Origin: a virus | Taxonomy: Duplodnaviria > Caudoviricetes | Direction: 5' to 3' (one strand) | Virus record (IMG/VR): IMGVR_UViG_3300032226_000056 | Coordinates: 1 to 27,746 of that record | Length of the DNA stretch: 27,746 nt | In this document: one piece after another, positions 9,754 to 17,345 of the stretch | How the letters are laid out: the number at the start of each line of letters is the position of its first letter | How positions within the stretch are numbered: the stretch's first letter is position 1 | Notes under the pieces: generated by a model | Seen by the model: the letters and a program-made list of their open reading frames with translations, nothing else | Told to the model about the DNA's origin: nothing | Database searches by the model: none | Translations under genes and position numbers: made by a program

Positions 9754-10236
9754 ATGACATTTCCAACAGGAACCAGTATTGCAACCGCTAATTTAGATTC
9801 ATCAGATGACGATCCAAGTCTAGCTCGTGCTGATCTCTATAATCTAGTAGTTGCAGTTAATCAATTGATAGCCAGTGCTAACATAGCCAGTGGCGTGTTG
9901 GTTCTTGATGGCAGTGGTAAAGTAGGTGTTAGTTATTTGCCTTCAACATTTTCACAGACTGGCACGCTGGCATTGCAGCCATCTGCAGGCATAGTCAGTG
10001 TAAATCGTGTGCTGAGATTAAGTCAGACATATACAGCAGATCTAGGATCTGCTACAGGAACCACTTCACCCACAGCAGGTGATATCTGCTATTTGGTAGA
10101 TGGAGATGCTGGACAACCCTGCGTTGGTATCTATAATGGTAGTGCTTGGAAGGTGTTAAGATTAGCAACCACAGTAGGTGCAGTTGGTGCTGCCTTGACT
10201 GCTAGTTCAACATTAACTGCCACAGCGGTGCCTTAA
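9754..10236 (+). CDS. Short tail-fibre-like virion protein
   Basis: 160 aa. NLD-x-x-x-D-x-P-x-x-AR-x-DL N-terminus, G-V-x-x-LDGSGK fibre motif, G-x-I-x-Y...YNG-x-x-W knob motif. GAGG RBS. Confidence 0.65.
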   Translation: MTFPTGTSIATANLDSSDDDPSLARADLYNLVVAVNQLIASANIASGVLVLDGSGKVGVSYLPSTFSQTGTLALQPSAGIVSVNRVLRLSQTYTADLGSATGTTSPTAGDICYLVDGDAGQPCVGIYNGSAWKVLRLATTVGAVGAALTASSTLTATAVP

Positions 10237-10237
10237 A

Positions 10238-10420
10238 ATGACACTGAAAGAACTGGCCAAAGAAATTGATCTAATTAAAAACAATCATCTTGCCCACATG
10301 GCAGAAGATATTGATCATATTGAAAAGCGAGTTGAAAAGATGGATGGTCGTGTTTGGGCCATCCTAATCATCTTAGTATCAGCAGTTGTGATACCTGAAA
10401 TAGTTAATCTCATAAAATAA
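10238..10420 (+). CDS. Small coiled-coil plus C-terminal TM protein (holin-like / XhlA-like)
   Basis: 60 aa: NHL-x-H coiled coil then hydrophobic VWAILIILVSAVVIP; sits at the end of the tail module. Confidence 0.55.
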   Translation: MTLKELAKEIDLIKNNHLAHMAEDIDHIEKRVEKMDGRVWAILIILVSAVVIPEIVNLIK

Positions 10421-10439
10421 TCAAAACCTCAATAAACAC

Positions 10440-10649
10440 GTGGGGTTACAGTCAGTAACTTTACAAAAAAGACGTCGGATTTGCCAGGATAATATTTTTA
10501 GACTATCACATATACATCCTAGGCTATGTGAATGCGATATTTGCGTTAAAACTCCTAATTTGATTCATTTGGCCTATTTTACAGACACCGCTATGACGGT
10601 TTTTAACAAGCCAATTCAAAGATGGTGTTTTATCAACGGTGATAGATAG
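10440..10649 (+). CDS. Hypothetical Cys-containing small protein
   Basis: 69 aa, GTG start, CECDIC motif. Fills the gap on the coding strand but has no clear RBS. Confidence 0.35.
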   Translation: MGLQSVTLQKRRRICQDNIFRLSHIHPRLCECDICVKTPNLIHLAYFTDTAMTVFNKPIQRWCFINGDR

Positions 10650-10653
10650 TATC

Positions 10654-11124
10654 ATGGACAAAGAACTATTCAAACAAAAACTATCAGAAGTAGCAGATTG
10701 GCACATACCCAAATTGAATGAAACTGATATCAAAGAATCCAAACGCAAAGGTCGTGGACGTGGGCGTCCGTCTGTGGAGGATCTGTATCAAGAAGAACAT
10801 CAAGAAGTGTTTCTAGATCTATTCAATGGTATCAACCCCACACACACCCTGGAAGTAACCAAAGTTAAGATTGCTGCCTGTGTCTGCACTGAGTGTGGTA
10901 AACTCTGCGAGAATGGTTGTAAGAAAGAAATCAAATATTATCCAGCTACACGTGGGCATGTGGCACATCGCAGAATACGCTGTGTGACCTGTGGCTTTTA
11001 TCGTGATCCCAACACAGGACAATTTGATTTACCACAAGGCCCTGCCTGCCAACAGTATTTGAATTGGGCAAGAAAGCAGTTTTTAATCAAAAATAAACTG
11101 TCTACACAAGAGCCTGATAAATAA
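10654..11124 (+). CDS. Zn-ribbon protein with AT-hook-like RGRP motif (putative DNA-binding)
   Basis: Start at 10654 or 10639. Contains KRKGRGRGRPS, C-x-C-x-x-C-x-x-x-C-x-x-x-C and CVTC. Confidence 0.7.
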   Translation: MDKELFKQKLSEVADWHIPKLNETDIKESKRKGRGRGRPSVEDLYQEEHQEVFLDLFNGINPTHTLEVTKVKIAACVCTECGKLCENGCKKEIKYYPATRGHVAHRRIRCVTCGFYRDPNTGQFDLPQGPACQQYLNWARKQFLIKNKLSTQEPDK

Positions 11125-11128
11125 TTTC

Positions 11129-11230
11129 AGCGGAGAAACAATATTCTTCCTGGAATATGGTTGCTGTGATCCTAAGAGTTCTAATGCCATTGAACTCAAC
11201 TCCGTTAGAAGCCCCCTCCGTAGGGGCTTC
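11129..11230 (+). ncRNA. Candidate ~100-nt structured small RNA
   Basis: GATAAATA at 11116-11123 upstream. Closing stem AGCGGAG 11129-11135 / CTCCGTT 11200-11206 encloses hairpins ATATTC/GAATAT and GAGTTC/GAACTC; a GC-rich hairpin follows. Confidence 0.4.
11208..11230 (+). terminator. GC-rich hairpin, terminator-like or RNA 3'-end stabiliser
   Basis: GAAGCCCC-CTCCGTA-GGGGCTTC perfect 8-bp stem; no adjacent U-tract. Confidence 0.5.
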
Positions 11231-11253
11231 GCCTTGATTGGCAATCAATTCAC

Positions 11254-11287
11254 TTTACTGTGCTGTTTTTTTATGTTATACTAAATA
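11254..11287 (+). promoter_or_regulatory. Sigma70 promoter with extended -10, overlapping a CTAAATA late-type box
   Basis: TTTACT 11254-11259, 17-nt spacer, TGn-TATACT 11277-11282; ACTAAATA 11280-11287; AGGAGG RBS before ATG 11307. Confidence 0.75.
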
Positions 11288-11306
11288 CAATACAGGAGGA
11301 ACAAAA

Positions 11307-11684
11307 ATGGCAATCAAACAACCATATATTGTAATAGAACAACGCCCTGGTTATAGTAAGATAGCAGGCACTCCAATGACTACCTTAACACTGATTGGTA
11401 TTAAGGATCGTAGAGAGTATGTTACCTACGTGGACACGCCCAATCGCAATGCTGAACATTGGCAGCACATCACTCGCAATCCCACACATGGATTTGTCTT
11501 ACGCAATTTGGACATCACTAACAAGACTACCAAAAAGGGACAGCCCATTGTGAATGCTGACAGTGAAATCTTAATTGAAGTTGAAGAACTCAGCTTGGAT
11601 CCAATACTTAACACAGTCAACGAGTTTTGGGATGAAGAGGATCGCAAACGTGACAGTGATAGATTTGGAGATCTATTTGAATGA
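11307..11684 (+). CDS. Hypothetical protein (beta-rich, acidic C-terminus)
   Basis: Start moved to ATG 11307 because of the AGGAGG RBS and upstream promoter; 125 aa. Confidence 0.75.
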   Translation: MAIKQPYIVIEQRPGYSKIAGTPMTTLTLIGIKDRREYVTYVDTPNRNAEHWQHITRNPTHGFVLRNLDITNKTTKKGQPIVNADSEILIEVEELSLDPILNTVNEFWDEEDRKRDSDRFGDLFE

Positions 11685-11995
11685 AAAGTGTTAGTCATGA
11701 AACCAATTTATTCTGTTGGCGTCGTGGATTCACTGCTGAAGACCTAGGCAGTCATCCATGTGCAGATGATCTAGTGTTAATGACAGTATTAAAAGATGAA
11801 TTAGGTGACTATCTGTCCAATAGTGAACATTGTTGGCTTAATGGTATATGGGGCATGGTCTATAGCAAGAAGTTTCCGCTCAAGAACAAGCACCGTGAGA
11901 GAATAGAAGACATAACTAAAAATGCAATCGAGGCAGAACACAGGCAGCAACAACAAATGGCAAAAATCAAACAATTCCGTAAGGCAACAGTCTAA
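11681..11995 (+). CDS. Hypothetical protein
   Basis: 104 aa, ATGA-coupled to the upstream gene. Confidence 0.7.
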   Translation: MKSVSHETNLFCWRRGFTAEDLGSHPCADDLVLMTVLKDELGDYLSNSEHCWLNGIWGMVYSKKFPLKNKHRERIEDITKNAIEAEHRQQQQMAKIKQFRKATV

Positions 11996-12420
11996 GAACC
12001 CTGGACAAACAAAAAGGTGGAGTTCATATTAGGGAAAAATCCTCCACCGCCCCATAATATGCTGATAAGTTATCTTAGATAACAGCATTAGGGCGTAGTC
12101 CACTGCTACCATAATGGTTTGGAGTTACACATAGTCAAACTTCTCCAGTAAAGCAGCCTAAGATACCTTGGCCTAGAGATAGGGACCCACGAGAGATGTG
12201 GAGCAAGGTGGGACAAAGGTAGTGAGTATATTTTTTTATACAGAAACTACATTTGTCCCCTCTTGACTCCAAGTTCATCTCTTGCTATTATCTCTCATCA
12301 GGTGATCGAAATAAATTACCACTGAGCGAATGCGAAGTGGTAATTTATTGAACATCACTGGGCTTGCTTTAGCAAGACCATTAATGTATAATATCATTAT
12401 AAGAGATTAGTGATATCTAA
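11996..12420 (+). other. Densely base-paired non-coding element (structured RNA or replication origin)
   Basis: At least eight stems. They include a ~90-nt interrupted hairpin 12193-12281 and a perfect 14-bp inverted repeat AATAAATTACCACT 12310-12323 / AGTGGTAATTTATT 12336-12349. No ORF in the track. Confidence 0.7.
12364..12392 (+). promoter_or_regulatory. Sigma70 promoter with -35 embedded in a palindrome
   Basis: TTGCTT 12364-12369, 17-nt spacer, TATAAT 12387-12392. The -35 lies in CTTGCT-TT-AGCAAG (12363-12376). Confidence 0.7.
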
Positions 12421-12458
12421 ATGAATTTCTTTTTTATAGGATTATCCTGGAGACAGTT

Positions 12459-12671
12459 ATGAAACTAATGGCCACAATCACCCTGGAACAGATGGACAAA
12501 CTATATCCGCACATTGACTGTGACGATTGGGCAGAAGTGTTTGAAGAAGAATATGTATTCTACAATCCCACACCTGCGTTTCAAATCATAATGAAATTGA
12601 TGGAAATCGTCACTTACACGGACATTCCAGAGGAAGCAAATAAATATATTAAACAAGTTGGAGAACAATAA
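12459..12671 (+). CDS. Hypothetical acidic small protein
   Basis: 70 aa, GGAG RBS, TAATG-coupled to the next gene. Confidence 0.7.
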   Translation: MKLMATITLEQMDKLYPHIDCDDWAEVFEEEYVFYNPTPAFQIIMKLMEIVTYTDIPEEANKYIKQVGEQ

Positions 12672-13039
12672 TGGCAAAACAAAAAACATACGCAGACCCA
12701 AGTGAATGGCAAAAGGCAGGACTAAGACCCGTGGCTTGGCATTTTAGAGATCCCATTGAACACCGACTGCACACATGGAGCATGAGAGCCCGTAGCCAAG
12801 CCATGTATAGAGGTGAAGCCTGGACCTTGACTGATAGAGAATATATTGATCTATGGCTTAAAGACAATCAGTATCTCAATCGTGGACGTGCATTGGAAAA
12901 TGTCTGCATGACTCGAATAGATCCAGAAGGTGCATGGAGCATGGACAATGTTGAAATCATCACACGTGAACTGCACTACAAAACCTGTCAAGCCCATAAG
13001 AGGTTAAAAAATATCTATGCCAGTAAGGAGGCTGTATGA
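12671..13039 (+). CDS. HNH-like (His-Me finger) nuclease-related protein
   Basis: A-x-x-RG-x-x-W-x-LT-x-x-EY-x-x-LW...RGR...CMTRID-x-x-G-x-W-x-x-x-NV pattern of phage HNH-related proteins. Confidence 0.6.
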   Translation: MAKQKTYADPSEWQKAGLRPVAWHFRDPIEHRLHTWSMRARSQAMYRGEAWTLTDREYIDLWLKDNQYLNRGRALENVCMTRIDPEGAWSMDNVEIITRELHYKTCQAHKRLKNIYASKEAV

Positions 13040-13260
13040 TATTGAATCCCACCTTTGATCCCTATGAAGCTCTGGTTAATCTTGATTCTAATGTGCAGGC
13101 ATTGATTACTGCACATAATGGACTAGCCAAGAAAGTTGAAGAACAGGGCCATGTGATAGATATCCTAACTGAAGGACTCAGTGCTGCCAACAAGGCCAAT
13201 GAGATTATGATGAAAGATATGTTGAGCAATCTAACTGATAAAATAAAAGAGGTTAAATAA
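13036..13260 (+). CDS. Hypothetical coiled-coil protein
   Basis: 74 aa, AAGGAGG RBS, ATGA overlap, heptad pattern. Confidence 0.7.
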   Translation: MILNPTFDPYEALVNLDSNVQALITAHNGLAKKVEEQGHVIDILTEGLSAANKANEIMMKDMLSNLTDKIKEVK

Positions 13261-13266
13261 TAGACT

Positions 13267-14364
13267 ATGGCAAAACCCGCAATCACAAAACGTGTCACTA
13301 AAGGTGCCGCATTAACCTATGCGGAACTTGACACCAACTTTCAAAATCTTGCAGATGCTACTGTTACACTTACAGGTGGTAGCACCGCAGTCACTGCTGA
13401 TCTTAATGGCAACATAACATTAGTTGCAGGCACCAATGTAACTATCACTGGCAACAACACTTCAAAAGAAATAACCATTTCAGCCACAAGTGGTGGCGGC
13501 GGCGGCACAATGAGTGGCTTTACTGTGTCAGGTGATACAGGATCTGCACAGTCAATCACTGATGCAAATAATATTAGTATTGTTGGTGGAACTGGACTTT
13601 CATCAGTGGCATCAGCAACAGATACTATTACACTGAATTTAGACAATACCGCTGTTACCGCTGGCACATATACCAACGCTTCAATCACTGTAGATGCACA
13701 AGGTCGCGTGACATCAGCATCAAGTGGTTCAGGAGGTTTAACAAATCCTTTAACAGCAGATCTCAATGTTGGTAGTTACAAAATTATCAGTAGTTCAAAT
13801 GCAAATGTCATAGTAGAACCCAATGGCACTGGTGATATATTGCTCACAGCAGATACTATTAAATTAGGTGATTCCACTAACGGTGCAACCATTACCACAA
13901 ACGGCGCAGGCACTAGTAATTTGAATCCAGGTAATCTTGTATTAACCACTGACAGTGGTGGACCGTCAGTGACTATTCAAAATCGTGATGAAAACGGTGG
14001 AACAACAACTGCAGGCATAAGAGTGCAATTAGGCAGTGCCTTTGGATCATCTATTAGAATTGCCGCAAACTCTGCGGCTATTATTGAAGGTAGCGGAGCT
14101 CCTTTGCTACTAAAAGGTGGTTCAGGAGGTTATGAATATGTAACCATTCAAGGACTAATAGTTCAAGCCACAGGTTCTAGATCAGACGCTGTTTTTCAAA
14201 CATCTATTACCCTAGATGGTTCCTACGCTGCCACACTAGCATTGGGTAATATATCATCTACAACTAGAGATGGATTGTCACCTAATAATGGAATGTTAAT
14301 TTATAATACCACTACCAACAAGTTCCAAGGCCGTGCCAATGGTGCTTGGGTTGATCTCCACTAA
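13267..14364 (+). CDS. Virion fibre protein 1
   Basis: 365 aa, Gly/Thr/Ser-rich. N-terminal R-x-x-KG-x-x-LT-x-x-E-x-D-x-NF-x-NL, internal AGTYTNASITVDAQGRVTSAS, C-terminal RD-x-L-x-x-x-x-GMLIYNTTTNKFQG-x-x-x-x-x-W knob. Confidence 0.8.
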   Translation: MAKPAITKRVTKGAALTYAELDTNFQNLADATVTLTGGSTAVTADLNGNITLVAGTNVTITGNNTSKEITISATSGGGGGTMSGFTVSGDTGSAQSITDANNISIVGGTGLSSVASATDTITLNLDNTAVTAGTYTNASITVDAQGRVTSASSGSGGLTNPLTADLNVGSYKIISSSNANVIVEPNGTGDILLTADTIKLGDSTNGATITTNGAGTSNLNPGNLVLTTDSGGPSVTIQNRDENGGTTTAGIRVQLGSAFGSSIRIAANSAAIIEGSGAPLLLKGGSGGYEYVTIQGLIVQATGSRSDAVFQTSITLDGSYAATLALGNISSTTRDGLSPNNGMLIYNTTTNKFQGRANGAWVDLH

Positions 14365-14365
14365 A

Positions 14366-14406
14366 TTTCAAAGTTTTTCAACACTTTTCAAAATTTTCTA
14401 TAAATA
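14366..14406 (+). promoter_or_regulatory. Perfect T4-late-type box TATAAATA with phased TTTCAA repeats upstream
   Basis: TATAAATA 14399-14406; TTTCAA at 14366, 14376, 14386; hairpin CAGACAAC/GTTGTCTG 14428-14448 in the leader. Confidence 0.6.
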
Positions 14407-14482
14407 CTCATAGTCCAACAAGGACCCCAGACAACCATATGTTGTCTGCTACAAGACAACATATTCAACCAAGGAGACAAAT

Positions 14483-14923
14483 ATGTCCGCAGCCTCAAAT
14501 TATCTAGAAGCAAAACTATTAGACCATACTCTCAAGTATAGCACAGCACCTTTCACAGCACCAACTACATTATATGTGGCTTTGTTTGTGAACACATCAG
14601 GCAATGCCGCTACAAACTTAGAAGCAGGCACACTAACTGATGAAGTGGCCACAGCAGGCTCAACTGCTTATGCACGTCAGACCATTGCATTCAATTCTGC
14701 TACTGGCACAAACCCAACATATTCTGCTAATACCAGCACAATTACATTCCCAACCTGCACTACCACAGCTTGGGGAACCATTACTCACGTGGCCATCACT
14801 GACTCAGCAACGCGAGGCGCTGGAAACGTATTGTTTTATGGTGCAGTTACAACATCCAAAACGATAGACGTTGGCGATACTTTTCAGATCAGTGCTACCA
14901 ACTTAACAATAGCGTTGGCTTAA
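14483..14923 (+). CDS. Fibre bead subunit (resembles Ralstonia phage GP4 gp80-type chain-fibre protein)
   Basis: 146 aa. Motifs SNYLE-x-x-LL-x-H, LYVALF, EV...YARQ, N-x-x-x-ITFP, WGTITH-x-x-I-x-D, GN-x-L-x-x-G, K-x-I-x-x-GD. AAGGAG RBS. Confidence 0.75.
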   Translation: MSAASNYLEAKLLDHTLKYSTAPFTAPTTLYVALFVNTSGNAATNLEAGTLTDEVATAGSTAYARQTIAFNSATGTNPTYSANTSTITFPTCTTTAWGTITHVAITDSATRGAGNVLFYGAVTTSKTIDVGDTFQISATNLTIALA

Positions 14924-14932
14924 TAACATCAA

Positions 14933-14954
14933 AGAGGGTGTTCTAACACCCTCT
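14933..14954 (+). terminator. Stem-loop after the bead-subunit gene (partial terminator or stabiliser)
   Basis: AGAGGGTGT-TCTA-ACACCCTCT perfect 9-bp stem, weak U-tract. Confidence 0.6.
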
Positions 14955-14975
14955 ATTCACTAACAGGAGAAATAG

Positions 14976-15980
14976 ATGGCTAAGCCAACAATCGTCACAA
15001 GAGCAGGTAAGGGCTCAGCACTCACATTCGTTGAAGGTGATGCAAACTTTACCAATTTACGCGATGCCACAATCACAGTGGCCGCAGATTCAGGCACCAG
15101 CCAGACATTAGATCTCAATGACACTTTGACTATTGTTGGTGGCACCAATTTAAACTCAGTGGCGTCAGCAACTGACACTGTCACAATCAATCTTGATACC
15201 ACAATCACTGGCCTAACCAGTCTAACATCAACCACTGTGGTTGCTGGCACACTCACAACCAGCGGTGCCACAGATCTACTATTGCATACCAACGCCAATA
15301 CCAACAGTGGTGTAATCACCATCCAGGATGGTGTAGACGGAGACATCACTGTGGTGCCCAATGGCACTGGCAAGGTGCATTTTGAAACTTCAGAAACTCG
15401 TGTAGGTATCAACAACACCAATGCCAAGATTACTACCAAAGGCACTGGTGATCTTACATTAGATACTAATTCAGGCACCAACTCAGGAAGTATTGTAATT
15501 CTAGATGGTGCCAATGGTAATATTACAGTGACACCCAACGGAACTGGTAGTATTGTATTAGACGGACAAAACTGGCCACAAGCAGATGGCACAGCCAATT
15601 TCCTATTAAAAACCAATGGTTCAGGACAATTATCATACACTGATACCATAGATGGCACAAATAAAATAGGTTATAGAGTATTACCAGCAGTGGGAACTAA
15701 AACAGGTTCATACACTCTGGCAGTAGGTGATGTAGGCAAGTATGTGCAAGTAGGTTCAGGTGGATCAATTACCATTCCTAACTCCACATTTGCAGAAGGT
15801 GATGTTATTGTGGTAGTAAACAATCATTCAGCAGCCATAACCATAACCTGCACAATTACAGATGCTTATATTGGCGGCACTGACACAGACAAGGCCACAG
15901 TTAGTTTGGCCACAAGAGGAGTTTGTAACATCCTGTTTGTAAGTGGAACACGCTGTATCATAACTGGGAATGTATCATAA
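14976..15980 (+). CDS. Virion fibre protein 2
   Basis: 334 aa. Same N-terminal motif as fibre 1, duplicated TNSG...PNGTG unit, WP-x-ADG-x-x-x-x-x-L-x-TNGSGQLS motif, C-terminal YTL-x-x-x-D-x-GK...ITGN domain. Confidence 0.8.
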   Translation: MAKPTIVTRAGKGSALTFVEGDANFTNLRDATITVAADSGTSQTLDLNDTLTIVGGTNLNSVASATDTVTINLDTTITGLTSLTSTTVVAGTLTTSGATDLLLHTNANTNSGVITIQDGVDGDITVVPNGTGKVHFETSETRVGINNTNAKITTKGTGDLTLDTNSGTNSGSIVILDGANGNITVTPNGTGSIVLDGQNWPQADGTANFLLKTNGSGQLSYTDTIDGTNKIGYRVLPAVGTKTGSYTLAVGDVGKYVQVGSGGSITIPNSTFAEGDVIVVVNNHSAAITITCTITDAYIGGTDTDKATVSLATRGVCNILFVSGTRCIITGNVS

Positions 15981-17335
15981 TGAGCGGCATCCTATGTTCA
16001 ATGGTTGGTGCAAATTTCACAGTGGCTGCGGTTGTCAGAACTGCCAAGACAGTTACTGCTATAGGTAACGCACAGGTTGATACTGCACAGAGCAAGTTTG
16101 GTGGAAGCAGTCTATTGTTAGACGGCACAGACGATAGATTAGAAGTAACCCCAACAACTACATATGATGATTTCACTGTTGAATGCTGGATTAGATTAGC
16201 AAATAATTCAGGAACAAAAAATATTCTATCATTTGGAAATGAAAGTTCAGGGCGTGTGTTCTTTGCTGTGTATAATGATAGGATTTATTGGGATCAATAC
16301 GGAGTTACATCACGCTATGGTAATACCAGTATGAGTGCAAATACTTGGTATCATTTAGCCTGGAGTAGGACTGGTTCTACAATTAAATTATTTGTTGATG
16401 GTGTAGAACAAACAATGACAACTGTCAGTGGTAGTGGAACATTTCCGTCAGGAGCAGTTGGAAATACTAATGGTATTTTTATAGGAACATTATCTGATGG
16501 AGCTATTGATTTCAATGGACACATAGATGAAATCCGTGTTTCAAATATTGCTCGTTATACCACTGGCTTTACTCCTTCAGCCTCAGCCTTTGTCAATGAC
16601 GCCAATACCTTATTGTTGATACACGCCAACGGCACTGATGCTTCAACGGTGTTTACAGATGACAATGGTGCAAGAGCACAAAGAGGTATAACTGCTCTAG
16701 GCAATGCACAAGTAGATACAGCACAATCAAAATTTGGTGGTGCAAGTGCTTTATTTGATGGGACTGGTGACTATTTAGATGTATCATCTTTTAGTCAATC
16801 CTCAGGTGCCACATTTACATTTGAATGTTGGGTAAGATTTGCTGCCACCCCTTCAAGTGGTGCATTAGCAATGATTCTTTCATCATCGTCAGGTGTGAAC
16901 GCATATCTGGGTTTAAATAATGTAAGCGGAACATTAAACTGGGAAATTGCACACGAAGATTCAGGAGGAGGAACTTTTTATCGTCGCTGGATTGCAAGTG
17001 TCAGCACAAATACCTGGTATCATATTGCATTAACTAAAAATGGCACTACAGGTAGATTATTTGTAGACGGAACTTTACTAACGCCGGCACAAGACTTTGG
17101 AACATTAGAGGAAACAGAGGGTATTTTTACATCAACTATGCGATTAGGTGCCTGGCATAATACTACCTATGGACTTAACGGACATCTCGATGAAATCCGT
17201 ATTTCAGATATTGAGCGTTATACCACAGGTTTTACAGCACCCACAGCACCATTTGTCAATGACGCTAATACTTTATTATTGATACACGCTAACGGCACAG
17301 ACACGTCAACAGCATTTACAGACGATAACTCCTAA
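15980..17335 (+). CDS. Tandem LamG/concanavalin A-like adhesin (probable receptor-binding protein)
   Basis: 451 aa. Two units of GNAQVDTAQSKFGG...FT-x-ECW...NTWYH-x-A...LFVDG...NGH-x-DEIR-x-S...TLLLIHANG. TAATG-coupled to fibre 2. Confidence 0.85.
   Translation: MSGILCSMVGANFTVAAVVRTAKTVTAIGNAQVDTAQSKFGGSSLLLDGTDDRLEVTPTTTYDDFTVECWIRLANNSGTKNILSFGNESSGRVFFAVYNDRIYWDQYGVTSRYGNTSMSANTWYHLAWSRTGSTIKLFVDGVEQTMTTVSGSGTFPSGAVGNTNGIFIGTLSDGAIDFNGHIDEIRVSNIARYTTGFTPSASAFVNDANTLLLIHANGTDASTVFTDDNGARAQRGITALGNAQVDTAQSKFGGASALFDGTGDYLDVSSFSQSSGATFTFECWVRFAATPSSGALAMILSSSSGVNAYLGLNNVSGTLNWEIAHEDSGGGTFYRRWIASVSTNTWYHIALTKNGTTGRLFVDGTLLTPAQDFGTLEETEGIFTSTMRLGAWHNTTYGLNGHLDEIRISDIERYTTGFTAPTAPFVNDANTLLLIHANGTDTSTAFTDDNS
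16046..17332 (+). repeat. Internal tandem duplication of LamG unit (~16046-16666 and ~16682-17332)
   Basis: Near-identical ends (FVNDANTLLLIHANGTD-x-ST-x-FTDDN in both) with divergent cores. Confidence 0.85.
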
Positions 17336-17345
17336 GGAGCGATAG

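Noticed and set aside
11238-11306. Track start of the 148-aa ORF at 11238
   Set aside because: It is upstream of the sigma70 promoter and the AGGAGG RBS that point to ATG 11307.
11996-12420. CRISPR array, retron msr-msd, tRNA or self-splicing intron
   Set aside because: No repeat-spacer periodicity, no RT gene, no tRNA T-loop or cloverleaf, no interrupted gene and no recognisable intron core.
16046-17332. Possible DGR template/variable repeat pair in the LamG adhesin
   Set aside because: Both copies are in-frame coding, differences are not adenine-specific, and no reverse transcriptase is present.
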